Assembly: GCF_963921235.1 (NCBI RefSeq)
Contig: NC_086118.1
Location: 23,500,001-23,564,000 of the forward strand
DNA length: 64,000 bases
Direction of reading: 5' to 3'
Source: Mobula hypostoma
Taxonomy: Eukaryota
Shown: in pieces, positions 49,570 to 61,903 of the stretch
Layout of the letters: each line of letters starts with the position of its first letter
Numbering within the stretch: position 1 is the first letter of the stretch
Made by a program: the position numbers and the translations under genes
The notes under the pieces: generated by a model
What the model saw: only the letters and a program-made list of their open reading frames with translations
The model's database searches: none
What the model was told of the DNA's origin: nothing

Positions 49570-50247
49570 GGAGGGAAGGAGAAGATGGCAACGTGACGCA
49601 GCGTGCGCGGCCGCTCTGAAATAATATCGTATTTGTAAGTAGGTACCATGCACAATCCTGATTTGATGGAGACAGACATGAGAAGCACAGAGGAACATCT
49701 GGAGAAACTTCTGAAATGCCCACTTCGCTGCCACTGCTACTGTGTGATCCAGAATCTCCGAAGGGGAAGGCCCCAAATCCTAGGCTTTGCCTGTTGCTGG
49801 GGCCGGGGTCAAAGCACTCGGCAGAGATGGTGCTCGGTGCTTGGTGTCGGAGGGCTGGTCAGAGGCTCAAAGTTTTCGGATGGACTCAAGAGTCGGCTGT
49901 GGTCGGGTGCTTCCAGGGTGCTGCATCGGCAAGTTTGCGGCGCTGGAAGCTCATGGCAGGGAGAGTTTTTCTTCCTTCTACCATCTGCATGAGATGATGG
50001 GACATTCAAGAGACTTCGAGACTTTTTTTTACTGTGCCCATGGTCTGTTCTTATCAAATTACGGTATTGCTTTGCACTGTTGTAACTGTATGTTATAATT
50101 ATGTGGTTTTTGTCAGTTTTTCAGTCTTGTTTGTCTTGTCTGTGATATCATTCTGGAGGAACGTTGTATCATTTCTTAATGCATACATTACTAAATGATA
50201 ATAAAAGAGGACTTCCAGTCCTCATAATCTAATATAATCTAATCTAA
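49570..50247 (+). mobile_element. Family X copy D (full length, sense orientation)
   Basis: Starts ggagggaaggagaagatggc; ends aataaaa-gaggacttccagtcctc-ataatctaatataatctaatctaa. Confidence 0.92.
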
Positions 50248-50376
50248 GGCCAGGTTGCAAACAAAACTCTTTTAGCAATATTATAACATTGCTACGGTGA
50301 AGTAAATATAAAATCAGCTCGAAATTTTAATTAGTCTAATATCATGTTTGTGGGAAACCAAGCTGAAAGGGTAAGG

Positions 50377-50998
50377 CTGGGAGACGATTTCACTGAACAC
50401 CTACGCTCTGTCCGCCAGAGAAAGCAGGATCTCCCAGTGGCCACACATTTTAATTCCACGTCCCATTCCCATTCTGATATGTCTATCCACGGCCTCCTCT
50501 ACTGTCAAGATGAAGCCACAGTCAGGTTGGAGGAACAACACCTTATATTCCGTCTGGGTAGTCTCCAATCTGATAGCATGAATATTGATTTCTCTAACTT
50601 CCACTAATGCCCCTCCTCCCCTTCTTACCCCATCCCCTATTTTATTTATTCATTTATTATTTCCCCCCACTTTTTTCTCTCTCTCTTTCTCTCTCACAAT
50701 CACTCCTTGCCTGCTCTCCATCTTCCTCTGGTTCTTCCCCCCCCCCTTTCTTTCTCCCATGTCTCCAGCTTTGTTTCCCTTTAGCCAATCTACTTCCCAG
50801 CTCTTAGCTTCATCCCTCCCTCTCCTGTCTTCTTCTATCATTTTGGATCTTCCCCTCTCCCTCCCTCTTTCAATTCTCTTAATATTTCTTCTTTCAGTTA
50901 GTCCTGACGCAGGGCCTCGACCTGAAACACCGACTGTACCTCTTCCTATAGATGCTGCCTGGCCCGCTGTGTTCTACCAGCATTTTGTGTGTGTTGCT
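50377..50998 (+). mobile_element. Penelope-like element 3' fragment (GIY-YIG C-terminus plus hammerhead at 50900-50935)
   Basis: RLGDDFTEHLRSVRQRKQDLPVATHFN...EEQHLIFRLGSLQ..MNIDFSNF*; AGTC CTGACGC AGGG CCTCGA CCT GAAA CACC GACT; TSD tgaaagggtaagg / tgaaagtgtaagg (50364-50376 / 50999-51011). Confidence 0.9.
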
Positions 50999-51028
50999 TG
51001 AAAGTGTAAGGGCCAAGTTATGGTGCAT

Positions 51029-51179
51029 CTAATTTTGAACTTAAAAAAAGAACTGAGATAAAACTAAAGTGTATTTTAGTTGGTACAAAGTTGCATTTGG
51101 TCACTAAAATTGAAATTAAAATAATGAACTGAGATGAAACTAAAGTGTATTTTAGTTGGCACAAGTTTGCATTTGGTCA
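51029..51179 (+). repeat. ~76-bp tandem duplication
   Basis: aactgagatRaaactaaagtgtattttagttggYacaa...tgcatttggtca at 51051-51103 and 51127-51179. Confidence 0.9.
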
Positions 51180-52717
51180 AACCAGGGCTTTTGTCTGAGG
51201 AAAAGACTATCAAGATGGGAAGTTTCTACAGTTCAAAGCTGCAGGAAGGATTAAGCTTGGTGAGATTTTCTAATTGTGTGCTGTATTGAATTTAATGGAC
51301 AGTAAGCAAATTATATTCCATTGGATATATAATGGACCGGACTATACCATAATCATGAAAATAAATTATAAGGGCATATAATTTGAATCTGAATCCCACG
51401 ATAAGAAATTGTGAGACTGAACTTATTAAACATTGTATTTTTGGAGCTAGTACCAAAAACATTGACTGGCAAAAGCTTCCATTAAAATTCCAGTTGTTCT
51501 ACTAATGTCCGTCAGACAATAGATTCTGCCACCTCATCTATTCCAGCACGTGTAGCACTGGTTGATTCTTTTTGTCCTCTGAAATGCCAAAACATATTAG
51601 GTAGAAAGCAGTGGACTTCCGACATTCTCCTGAAAGGAAGAAGATCCACGACCATTATTTCAGGGTAACTTTGGTCAATGATTAGCTAGAACAAATGATG
51701 CTGCTAGATTTGTCATATTTCAAGGATTATTATCTTTAAAGCTTTCCTTAATGCTTTAAACTCACTTCAGATAAAAAAAATAAATTCAGCTGAGGTTAAT
51801 TATATTTCACTAAAATAAAGTGTTTACTAATTGAATGTAATGTTGCCTGGTTTACATTCCTTTTATTCCTCAATACAAATCTGTGCATATATAATTATAC
51901 ACATCATGTTTCAGTCATACATCATACGTGTTTGCAGAAGTATTCGATCTAAATCATGTATAATTGAAAGACATTAAGCAGAAAAATTTCATAGCTTTCA
52001 AGTATTCAATGACCGATGCAGTAATTAGAATCCAGGAAAATAGCTCTGGTAAATGAGAATAAAACTGGCTGAGGTAAAAAAAACTGATGATCACATTCGA
52101 ACAGTTTTCAATTGTATGAGTGAGTTACAATTATCCCCGATATTTTCCTATCTTTTAAAATCAGGTCACATATTTACATATTTATTCTGTTTCTCCTTCA
52201 ATTTTGGATGGCCACAAGATATTCTTCCACCACAGTTTCCTTGTTCACATTTTATCAGGAATTTTGAAATATGCTTGGTCAAGAAGTTGGTGAGATTTAG
52301 CCAGTTGAAGTTAAGACTGAAGGATGCTTGAAGTGCAAGGGCCTTAAAGGATATGGAACCAAAGTAGTTAAGTTAACAGGCAAGCAGATATGATCTAACT
52401 GAAAGGTGGAATGGAACAAGTTTAAGAGAGTAAGTGTCTTATTCTCATGTTTCAGTTCAGTTCTCTTATGTGTACTTACAATACACGTATATTTACTTCC
52501 AATTGATGCATTTCATGGTGAAACATAAATATTAGATCTATGTAAAATATATAAACATAGACAACTGACAGATTCAAACTCAAATTCATTTATATATCAC
52601 ATGTACACGGAAACGTACAGTGAAATGCATCATTTGTGTAACAACCAACACAGCCTAGGGGTGTGCTAGGGACAGCCCACAAGTGTTGCTACACATTCAT
52701 GGCATGACCACAAAGTG

Positions 52718-54060
52718 CATAAGACCATAAAACACTGGAGCAAAACTAGGCCGTTTAGCCCATTGAGTTTGCTTTGCCATTCTGTCGTGGCTGATTTATC
52801 AACCCTCTCAACCCCACTCTTCTGCATTCTCCCTGTTACCTTAATGCCCTGACTAATCATGAACCTATAGACCTCCGCTTTAAATATATCCAATGACTTG
52901 GCTTTCACAGCTGTCTGTGGCAATAAATTTCACAGATTCACTACCCTTCTCATCTCTGTTCCTTCCCAATTCCTTCTCTTCTCTATTCTAAATGGATGTT
53001 CCTCTTTTCTGAGGCTGTGCACTCCGGTCCTAGACTCCCCCACTGTAGGAAACAACTCAATATTCAATTGATTTCAATGAGATCACCCCTCATTCTTCTA
53101 GACTCCTGTGAGTACAAGCCCAGAGCCATACAATGGTCTTATGCATTAACTTTTTCATTCTTGGAAATATTCTCATCAACCTCTCTGTGATGCTAGCAAA
53201 TCTTTTCTCAGATAAGGGGCCCAAAACTGCTCTCAGTACTCCAAGTGTGGTCTGATCAATGCCTTATAAGGCTTCAGCTTTACATCCTTGCTTTAATATT
53301 CTGGTCTTTTTGAAATAAATGCTAAAATTGCATTTGCCTTCCTTACCATCGACTCAACCTTTAGGAAATCCTGCACGAGGACTCCAAGTTGCTCTGATCT
53401 CTGTATTTTCTCCCTGTTTAGGAAATAATCTATGCCTTTATTCCTTCTACCAAAGTGCATGACCATACACTTAATTATACTATATTCCATCTGTCATTTC
53501 TCTGCCCATTCTCCAATCCTATCTGTCCCTTTGTAGACTCCCTGCTTCCTTTAAAATCCCTGCCCCTCCACATGCTATATCGTCGAATTTACTTCAGACT
53601 TGTCCACAAGTCATCAATTTCATCATCCAGATTATTGGAATACGGTATACATGACAAGAGCCTTCTGAAAATCCAAGTAAACAACATCCACTGACTCTAC
53701 TTTGTCTATTCTGCTTGCTATTTCCTCAAAGAATTTCAATAGATTAGTCAGGCAAGATTTCTCCCTAAAGAAAGCATGCTGACTTTGGCCTATTTTATCA
53801 TGTGCCTTCAAGTACCTCAAAACCCCATCCTTATCAATGGAGTCCAATGTCTTCCAAACCACTGAAGACAAGCTAACTGGCCTATAATTTCCTTTATTCT
53901 GCCTCCCTCTCTTCTTAAAGAGTGGAGTGACATTTGCAATTTTCCAGTCTTCTGGAACTATTCCAGAATTTGGTGATTCTTGAAAGATCATTACTAATGC
54001 TTCCATGGTCTCTTCAGCTACCTCCTTCAGAACCCTGGACTGCAGTCCATTTGGTCCAGT
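52718..54060 (-). mobile_element. CR1 LINE fragment with internal deletions
   Basis: VPEDWKIANVTPLFKK...NYRPVSLSS...VDVVYLDFQKA (53632-54006); cataagaccataa tail; preceded by a Rex1-tailed fragment at ~52573-52716. Confidence 0.9.
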
Positions 54061-56949
54061 TGACTAACTATCAGACTATGAACTTCATGCCTGGAACACC
54101 AGACTTGCCAACTTGCGACCTAGGGTTCACTGGACTAAATGCCTCCTGCCCACAAGGACCTCCTCCGTTCCTGATCTGTGGGGTGGGGTGGGGAGGGTGA
54201 AGTCAGTGACCGGGGGATGCCACCAGCCGTTATCCTTGCTGGTCTTCATCACCATACTTGCTAACTTGACACTTGTCCACTGGGACTGCTGGCATCAACT
54301 ACAGAGCACGTAGAGAAGTCCGAAACTCCAGTCTGGCCTCTAACTCCCCACACCTCTATCCTTAAACCCTAACCTGACTCCTAACTCTCCTTTTTGTTCC
54401 CAAAACCATCCTTATGAACCTGAGACAGGCCTAGATGGAGACTGCAGCATGGCACTACCTTGGCCAGAATTTCTTGGCATCTTGTTAATTATTTCTTCTC
54501 AGTCTGATTGCTTGACAATATTGACCTACATCTTCTGTGAACAACCTAGTAGTCCAATACTTATTTGCTTGTATTTACCTCAGTAACTTAGTGTAAGTGC
54601 AAATCAGAACTCTTAAGGTTCCTCACACCTGTATCATCCTGTATTTCCTTTATAGATATGCTAGAAAACTTACTGCTATACCTACATAGCTCCCAACAGT
54701 TTGAAACAAAATCTTTTTCCAAGTTCCACAAATCACTAATGAAATTAATGATATTTAGATCTATAATGCCCCTTTAAATTAATATTTCATTCACAACTGG
54801 AATGTGATAATCTGCCAGCTTCAGATTGAAGTCAACAAATAATTGATGTGACACTGTGGGAGGCATTTTATATCACATAACCGCACAGTAGAATCCAATA
54901 TAATATTCAATGCAGATCAGTTATTTTATTGGAGATTATCTGATGCACTGCCTCATGTTCTGGGATCTATATACTATTCCAATTAAATGAGTTTGGGAAT
55001 TCTCAATCCAATTCGCATTGGTTTCAAATTATCCGGCACCAAAGCAGCCCATGATTCAGTCCTAATTAGCACGGTATTTTTAGTCTCACTTATTGATGAT
55101 AAGGTTGGTTGGCATGTGCCGCGCTGTAGTTCTGCTGTTGTTGTGAGAGCACATGTGTTCACCATGCAGTGTTTAGTTCACAGCACTCAAATGCCAAACA
55201 CAGAATTAAACTTTACATATAGGAATGATTTTGTGACATAAACCTACCACCAATACTCCTTCTTTATATCTTTGAACACCTTTCAGATCTCATTGCATTC
55301 CTGTGGTTACACTTATTACATTTAGCAAACTTCTTTTGGAATAGAAGATGGGTATGGGGATGAAAATTTGTGGGTATTGAAGTGTGACCTCATACAAGAA
55401 ACAGAAATGCAGAGTTATTTGATACATGCTTAATGCATTTTTGACTTCTTAAAGTTTGTTGATGTATTTTTGATATTACTTTTTAAAATTTGTTCCTCTG
55501 AATTTTCCTTCCATCTGCTGACTATTTCTCCTTGTTGCGCTTTACAGTCAAAAGAAGATTGCATTTCAGCTGGGAGAGGATGTAAGTGCACCGTTGAAAT
55601 ATGCTGATTGCACTGTAGGTAGTACTTATCATATTCTACATATGGGAAGATATAAACAGCTCTGTCTGAGCAATCATTAGATTGCATCTTGGGAAGAGAC
55701 AAGGCCACCTTGACAAAAACTGCATTCCCCCCCTCCCACCCCCCCGGCAGGATCTGTAAAGTGTTTCAGTACATTGTCGATGCAGATCTGATAGAGTCAC
55801 ATCAGGTGTGGAGAACTGCTGGCAAGCTGCAGTGGGACACAAGTATATCCTGTACTTTGTGCAAATATTCTGCAGCAAGAAAATATGGAATGAGCTAGAG
55901 TTATGACAATCTGGTCTCCTGTTCCGCCTCTGGACTCACCTTTGTCATGACCTACCCTGAGAGGGGCTGGACAGAACTCTTTAGCTTCAGGCCAGCCTTA
56001 GCAGGGACACCTAACCTGCCCTATTTCTTTCAACGGATTTGCCCACTAACGAAATGGCATGTTTTTCATGCTTTATTTCAATTAAATGACTTTTAATTAA
56101 TTCACATTAATTAAATGTTAATGAAGTGAATTTCTTATGATTAATTACTTTTAATTTATTTACATTTTTTACATTGATTACATTGATTTTACATTGGTTG
56201 TTTTTTCACAAATCATACTGGTTTTCAGTGTCTCCCTATGTGTTAATACGTGTGAAAACCTTCCAACCACCAGAGCAATCTGTAATTCTTTATTTATTTT
56301 GCCTTATATTAAATATTCATTCATTGATATATTTAAGAATAGAATCTGATGTAGTTTTACTAAAACAGCTGGAAATAATTCATTTACAAAAGCCAAGTTA
56401 GTCTTCATAAGTTTATATGGTTGACATGTTTGTGATAAACTGATTTTAAATTGTCAGAATCTATATTAAAAATCTACATTTAATTATTCATATGCTGCAG
56501 TTACATAAATTGGTTACTTTTTTTATTAATACAGTTTTAAAATATTTTAGAACATATTCACTAATACAGCATTTACAAACTAGATTTAATGAATGGCCTT
56601 GATTAGTCACAAATGGTGGTGATTGCATGAAACTCAACATGTTTGTTATTTCAATCAGATGCCTTGGCCAATTTTGCAGAGGGCACTGGCTTTCAGCAGG
56701 ATTATTTTAAACTAACAAAGAAGACTGTGGAATCTTGATATAGATTTGAAATAGCCTACAGTACAGGCATTTGTTATTGTAAGTTTGGACGATATCATGG
56801 GAATTGCACTAAGTATCAATGCAACATGCCTAAGAATTCCTTGTCCTGATAATAGACTCCACAGGAGATCAGTGAGAAAATTCACTGGAATAGTAACAAG
56901 ATCAACAAAAGACTACAAGTGACCAAAATAATGCAAACTAAAGAAACTA

Positions 56950-57385
56950 GAAATCAGAAGTAAAAGCAGAAAATGTGGTAAACACTCAGCAGATCAGGCA
57001 GCATCTTGAAAAGACAATCAGAATGACTATTTCAGCTCGAAGACCCTTCACCAGAACTGAGAAAGAGAGAGAAAAATGTATCATTTTAAGTTGCAGAGGA
57101 AGTGCTAGAAGGTATTGATAGGATAAACAGAATAGCTGCTATAGAAAAAGTCTTGATCAAATAAGTTAATGAGGATTTTAGAACCTGATTAGACTTCTTT
57201 GTCTGTAATGTGTGTTGCTGTAGCAGGGTTATGAACGTCCAACGAGATGGGCTATGCTGATGCAGAGAGGAAAACCAACCTCAAATCACAGATGACTCAC
57301 AGAAGTGTCAACTTCTGCTAATGCTGATCTGTTACTCCTTCCTGACCTGATGAACGCTTTAAACTTTTTCTGGATTTTGTTTAAA
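56950..57385. mobile_element. Old Penelope-like remnant with inverted termini and decayed hammerhead (~57022-57058, minus)
   Basis: cactcagcagatcaggcagcatc at left and cctgacctgatgaa at right; reverse strand agtt ctggtga aggg tcttcgagct gaaa tagtc. Confidence 0.6.
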
Positions 57386-58749
57386 ACAAGTCATCTACGT
57401 CATGTCCTTTTTTAAAAAATTGTAGAATATCAACATTTTCTCGTATAAGTCTTTTATTGGTGCCATCATAAAAATGGAAGAGACTTTCAGGAAGTACAGC
57501 GGAAGCAAAACTATTGGATTCTTTTAAGAAATAATTGGGCGCTAAGTCGAGGGAACTTTAAGATTTAACAGAGAAGTAATTCTCAGATGGACTTTCAGTT
57601 TAAGTGAAGTCTTTTATAGCACCAGGAGTTAAAACTAATCTATCAGCAAGCACAAAAGAAATTTATCTTTGGAGGGAGCTCTAATCATAAAGAGAATTAA
57701 AGATTAAAACTAGCTGTTGGACTGTACTTGATGTTCATTTCTGTATCAAAGTTAAAACGTAGACCAATTACTATTCACGATGTGCAGATTTAGCGGGATT
57801 GTAGCCAAGTTCATTCACTCCAGGGAAGAAAATAAAATCCTCTCAACTTCTGGTATCATTGATCAACACAGATTAATTTCACAGTTAACAGTTCAGCAGA
57901 AATTGAGATTGAAAATAGCCTGCTGGAGCAGGAATGATCAAAGAAGCAGAATTCAAGGCTGAAACGAACACCAACATGTAACTGAGACAAACGATTTAGA
58001 CACAATTTTCAAATAATTCTTTAAAATAGTTGTTGTCACTTCTCTAGATTTTATGCAGGATCTGTCAAAGATGTAATTTACGCAGAATCAAATAGAAAAT
58101 CTGTCTGGCACAAGTGGTGGACTTGAACTGCATATTATATAACAGTTTCTGTATATGGGACAGCAGAATAAACATAAGAGAAATGGAGAGGGGAGTTAGT
58201 AATGTAACACAGTAACTTATTTTACTACATGGTGGAGTAGGTGGCATGAGGCGGGGGTAGGGTATTGGGGAAAAGAGGACGATTCTGGTCGATGCAGATG
58301 GTGACATTGTAATCTTACTCAAATAGATTTATGCCGACCAAAGTTATTTTCCCTATGGTCAAACTATCATTAACTTTCAGCAGTTGAAAAACAATAGAGA
58401 CCTACATTTTTCCCTTTGATTTGAACAGAACTCACCAGTTAATATATTAATAGAGCTGCTGGTATTTTATGAATAAGTTATTTGAAACTGTTGTAGATAA
58501 ATATGCCCATTAGCTCCATAATTGTACCATTTTAAATGCAGTCTTGAACAACGCTTTTTAAAAATAAGGCTTTTAGAGTGTTATTTGAAGTCACTAGTGA
58601 TCTGCTTTGTATAATTGATTTGGTTCAGTCTACAGAAGGACAGTTGAATAAACTTTTACTGTGCACTCTTGTCTTTAGTTTCAAAAAATGACTTCTTTTG
58701 GGACGTCTCACAATGCATTCCATAACACAGCTCTACGCTGGTTGAGAGG

Positions 58750-59320
58750 AGTTGCCATTTTATTCCCGGCTTTCCAATAGGATTAACAACACTGTGTAAC
58801 TATATAAAGTGTAATTAATTGCACTCTGTGAACAAAGACAATCTTCGTGATGGCAAAGTAGAAATCTGAGACGCTAATAACCCTTCGGCAGCTGAGGAGT
58901 ATATTCTGTGCCCAGATCTACGAGATACCGATCTGATAGAACATTCTCGATCACGTTCTTTACCGTATTTGGATATCGCAAGCTTTTTGATTTTTGATTG
59001 GTGCAACTGGCGCACAAAAAGGACTTAAAAAGGCAACGATGTGTTACTGGCAATAATAGCCAATCATCCCGGTGCACGAGACTCATGAGACAACATCCGA
59101 TTTTGTCAAGGTTACACTGTTGATAGCAGTTATTCATACCGTTCCCAAATAAGGGAGACAATCTGTAGATATTTATGAAGGAACAATAATAAGCGCACAT
59201 AAAACAAGCAGACTCGAGGATGAAATGCAAAGGTTTTGCACTTCATTCATAATATACATTTTACCTCAGCCAGTTTTCGTTAAAGTAGTAGCAAGTTAAA
59301 AATAAAATTTCAGGTATGAC
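58750..59320. promoter_or_regulatory. Candidate unmethylated promoter or enhancer
   Basis: About 17 CpGs counted by eye in 58840-59220 despite modest GC; CCAAT boxes at 58774, 58997 (reverse) and 59060 (AGCCAATCA); TATATAAA at 58801; RFX-like half-sites GTTGCC/GGCAAC; donor-like CAG|GTATGA at 59313. Confidence 0.4.
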
Positions 59321-61226
59321 TTTTTGTTTATCATATAGCATTTTATAAAGATTTATGCTGGAGTTGATCATTGGAAGTTAATTAAATTGATTTTGTGAGT
59401 GGTTAAATAAAAGCAGCATCAGATTAACTCTCTGAGTACGAAGCACATTTTACAACAACATACAGTTTTCATATGTTTCCTATCATAACATCGACAAAAT
59501 ATGATCTTCAAGGAGTTCTAACAGGGAATATTATAAAGCAAGGGAAAAGAACTACTGAACCTTAACTTACAGTGATGCACGGATAAATCAAGCTTCTGTT
59601 CTGATTGCCTGACATTTATTTTAAGTAAATATATTTCAATCAAAAGATTTGTTAAATTCCTGGTCTCAATTTAACATGTTAACTACTAAATAATGCATAA
59701 TATAAAACTAACTTCATGTCCAACAAAAGAAAACCATAAGATAAATATAAAACACTTGACCTGCAGTGTACACTGAAGAACATTGTGAATAGTATTGCAT
59801 GTTTTTTTTGTTTGAAGGAAGAACCTTGAGTTAATTAAAGCATTCAGAACTCATCTAGTACTTTAATTAGCTCTCTGTTTCTTATTCCTACATTAATCCT
59901 GCTGGATTATTCACTGAAGGCTCAGTATTCTCTAAATAAATGAGTAAAGAAATTGGCCTCTTACCATTTTTAATTTGTTGCAGAAATGCTGCTTCAGTCA
60001 GCCCTCAAAAGGTTAATAGATGGATATGAACCCCTTTGAAAGGCCAACTTTGCTGCTACTGAGCAACAAATAGACAAGCACTCCACTGTTATCAGCTATG
60101 ACCTATTTGTACATTTTAAGGAGAAGTGTAAGGAATTGTTCTATGATAAAATGTGAACTTTAGGGTATATACAATGAATGATGTGCATTTATCTTTATAA
60201 CAGTCTACTTTGTCAGCAGTTTGTCTTTGTCACTGGTATAACCACTTCTATTTAACGCAAAGGACATGTGAGGGTGATGTGTGGCCATTGAATTCCTTTT
60301 CAGCTTGCCCACTTCACAATGCTAGGACTGTGTTTTTTATCATGGTCAATTTAAAGGCTCCTTATGAACATTTTAAATATATTTACCTGCTGTACATTTA
60401 CATTGCTTCAAATATCCAAAAGAGCATTACGAAAATTGCTCAAGATTGAGTTATGAATCTTTTGCTATAGTTTTTAATGTTTTTTTTCCAATTGATTCAT
60501 GAATTATAGTTGTTTGACAAGATTTTATTTTCATATTTTAATTATCTGATTTATGAAAAGTCAACCTATGAAGATAAACAAAATCAATATTTTTCATTTA
60601 CACTAATATTTTATATCGATGTCATTGTAGCTTGCAATTGAGCACAGCTACAAACAATGCGGCCTTTTTAAGACATGCTTTTGAGGGCTCATTCAGCTCT
60701 GAAAAATGTTTATCTGTTACCAGTTAATATATTTCCTAGGTCATCACCTCGATAATTAGGTACAATCTCACCCAGTAACATGACCTAAAAATGTTCTTCA
60801 TTTATTTATACATGTCGATTGTTCATATAATTAATTTGCAATCTTCTGAAGCATAGATATTCCTTTGAGTCATGTTCAGCACTTGCTGGTCAGTCAGTCA
60901 GTGATCAAGACATGTTGACATTTTTGTTCTCTGTTGATCCAATGATATTTTATCGCATGAAACCTTTTTTTGTGCCAGAGATCTTCTGGAAGAGAAGAAA
61001 AAATTGTCTTGGAAATACAAATCTCTCCACTTAACAAAATAAAGTGAATAATGATTTCCCCTCAAAAAATCTGTTCTCAATCCCTGCTTTAAAGCAGAAG
61101 AAGATAAACTTTAGCCCTCTTGAGCATATTTATCCATTATTAAGTCACAATTGTTTAGTTGTAACTTCTGTCTCCGCACCTTGGTTCTATGTCTTGTCTA
61201 ACAAAGATCAATTAATCATCGTTTCA

Positions 61227-61903
61227 TCACGTTCAAGCCTTGAAAAATATTGGAAAGATGTATTCCAAACTTTTTATGTACTTGTTAAAGTTAATTTTAA
61301 GCCCAATTCTTTGACTGCCTTATTTGGTATTGTTGAGGAAAGAGCTATAATTTTGGCGCCTTCTCATTTGCGGGTGCTGGCTTTTATTTCTCTTATGGCT
61401 AGGAGGGCGATCGTGCTTAAATGGAAGGGGGTTGCCCCCCTTACACATGCTCAATGGTTATGCGATGTTATGTCATGTTTAAATTTAGAGAAGATTCGTT
61501 GTTTGATTTTTGATTCTAATCAAGATTTTCAAACGTTATGGGGACCCTTTCAGAACTATTTTGAAAATCTTTGAATTGTTATTGTTATTAAAATATAGAT
61601 CTGGGCTATTATTATAAAACACTATATGGTAAAACACTCTTTTTTTTCCTTTTTTTTTACCAACCAGCTTTGTCTTGGTAGTGGGTGTAGATTTTTTTAT
61701 AATATAGTTAACCATATTATTGTATTTCATAATTCAATTTATTTTATTTGATTGATCATGAATATGGGATACTGTGATTGTATCAGTGTGATTTATATAT
61801 AGTGTATTTTGTGCTACCTTATTTTGATTTATAATAAGTATCCTTATGAATTCTGTATTTGTGTACATGAAATTTAATAACAATATTGGAAAAAGAAAGA
61901 AAG
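61227..61903 (+). mobile_element. L1-clade LINE 3' fragment
   Basis: ORF2 C-terminus YWKDVF...ALFG...ARRAIVLKWK..P....QW...MSCLNLEKIR...F...WGPF; T-rich 3' UTR, A-rich tail; 13-bp TSD aatcatcRtttca (61214-61226 / 61904-61916). Confidence 0.9.

Noticed and set aside
50585..51001. Hydrophobic Leu/Ser/Phe/Pro ORFs as membrane proteins (also 16176-16602 and 43549-43770)
   Set aside because: Translations of pyrimidine-rich low-complexity tracts.
54360..54390. Telomere-like aaccctaacc
   Set aside because: Only about one and a half units in a C-rich tract.
56085..56150. AT-rich imperfect palindrome (aattcac...gtgaatt)
   Set aside because: Short arms in extremely AT-rich sequence; expected by chance.
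61044..61574. 176-aa ORF as a host gene
   Set aside because: The C-terminal two-thirds is L1 ORF2 and the N-terminus is read-in from flank across the TSD.
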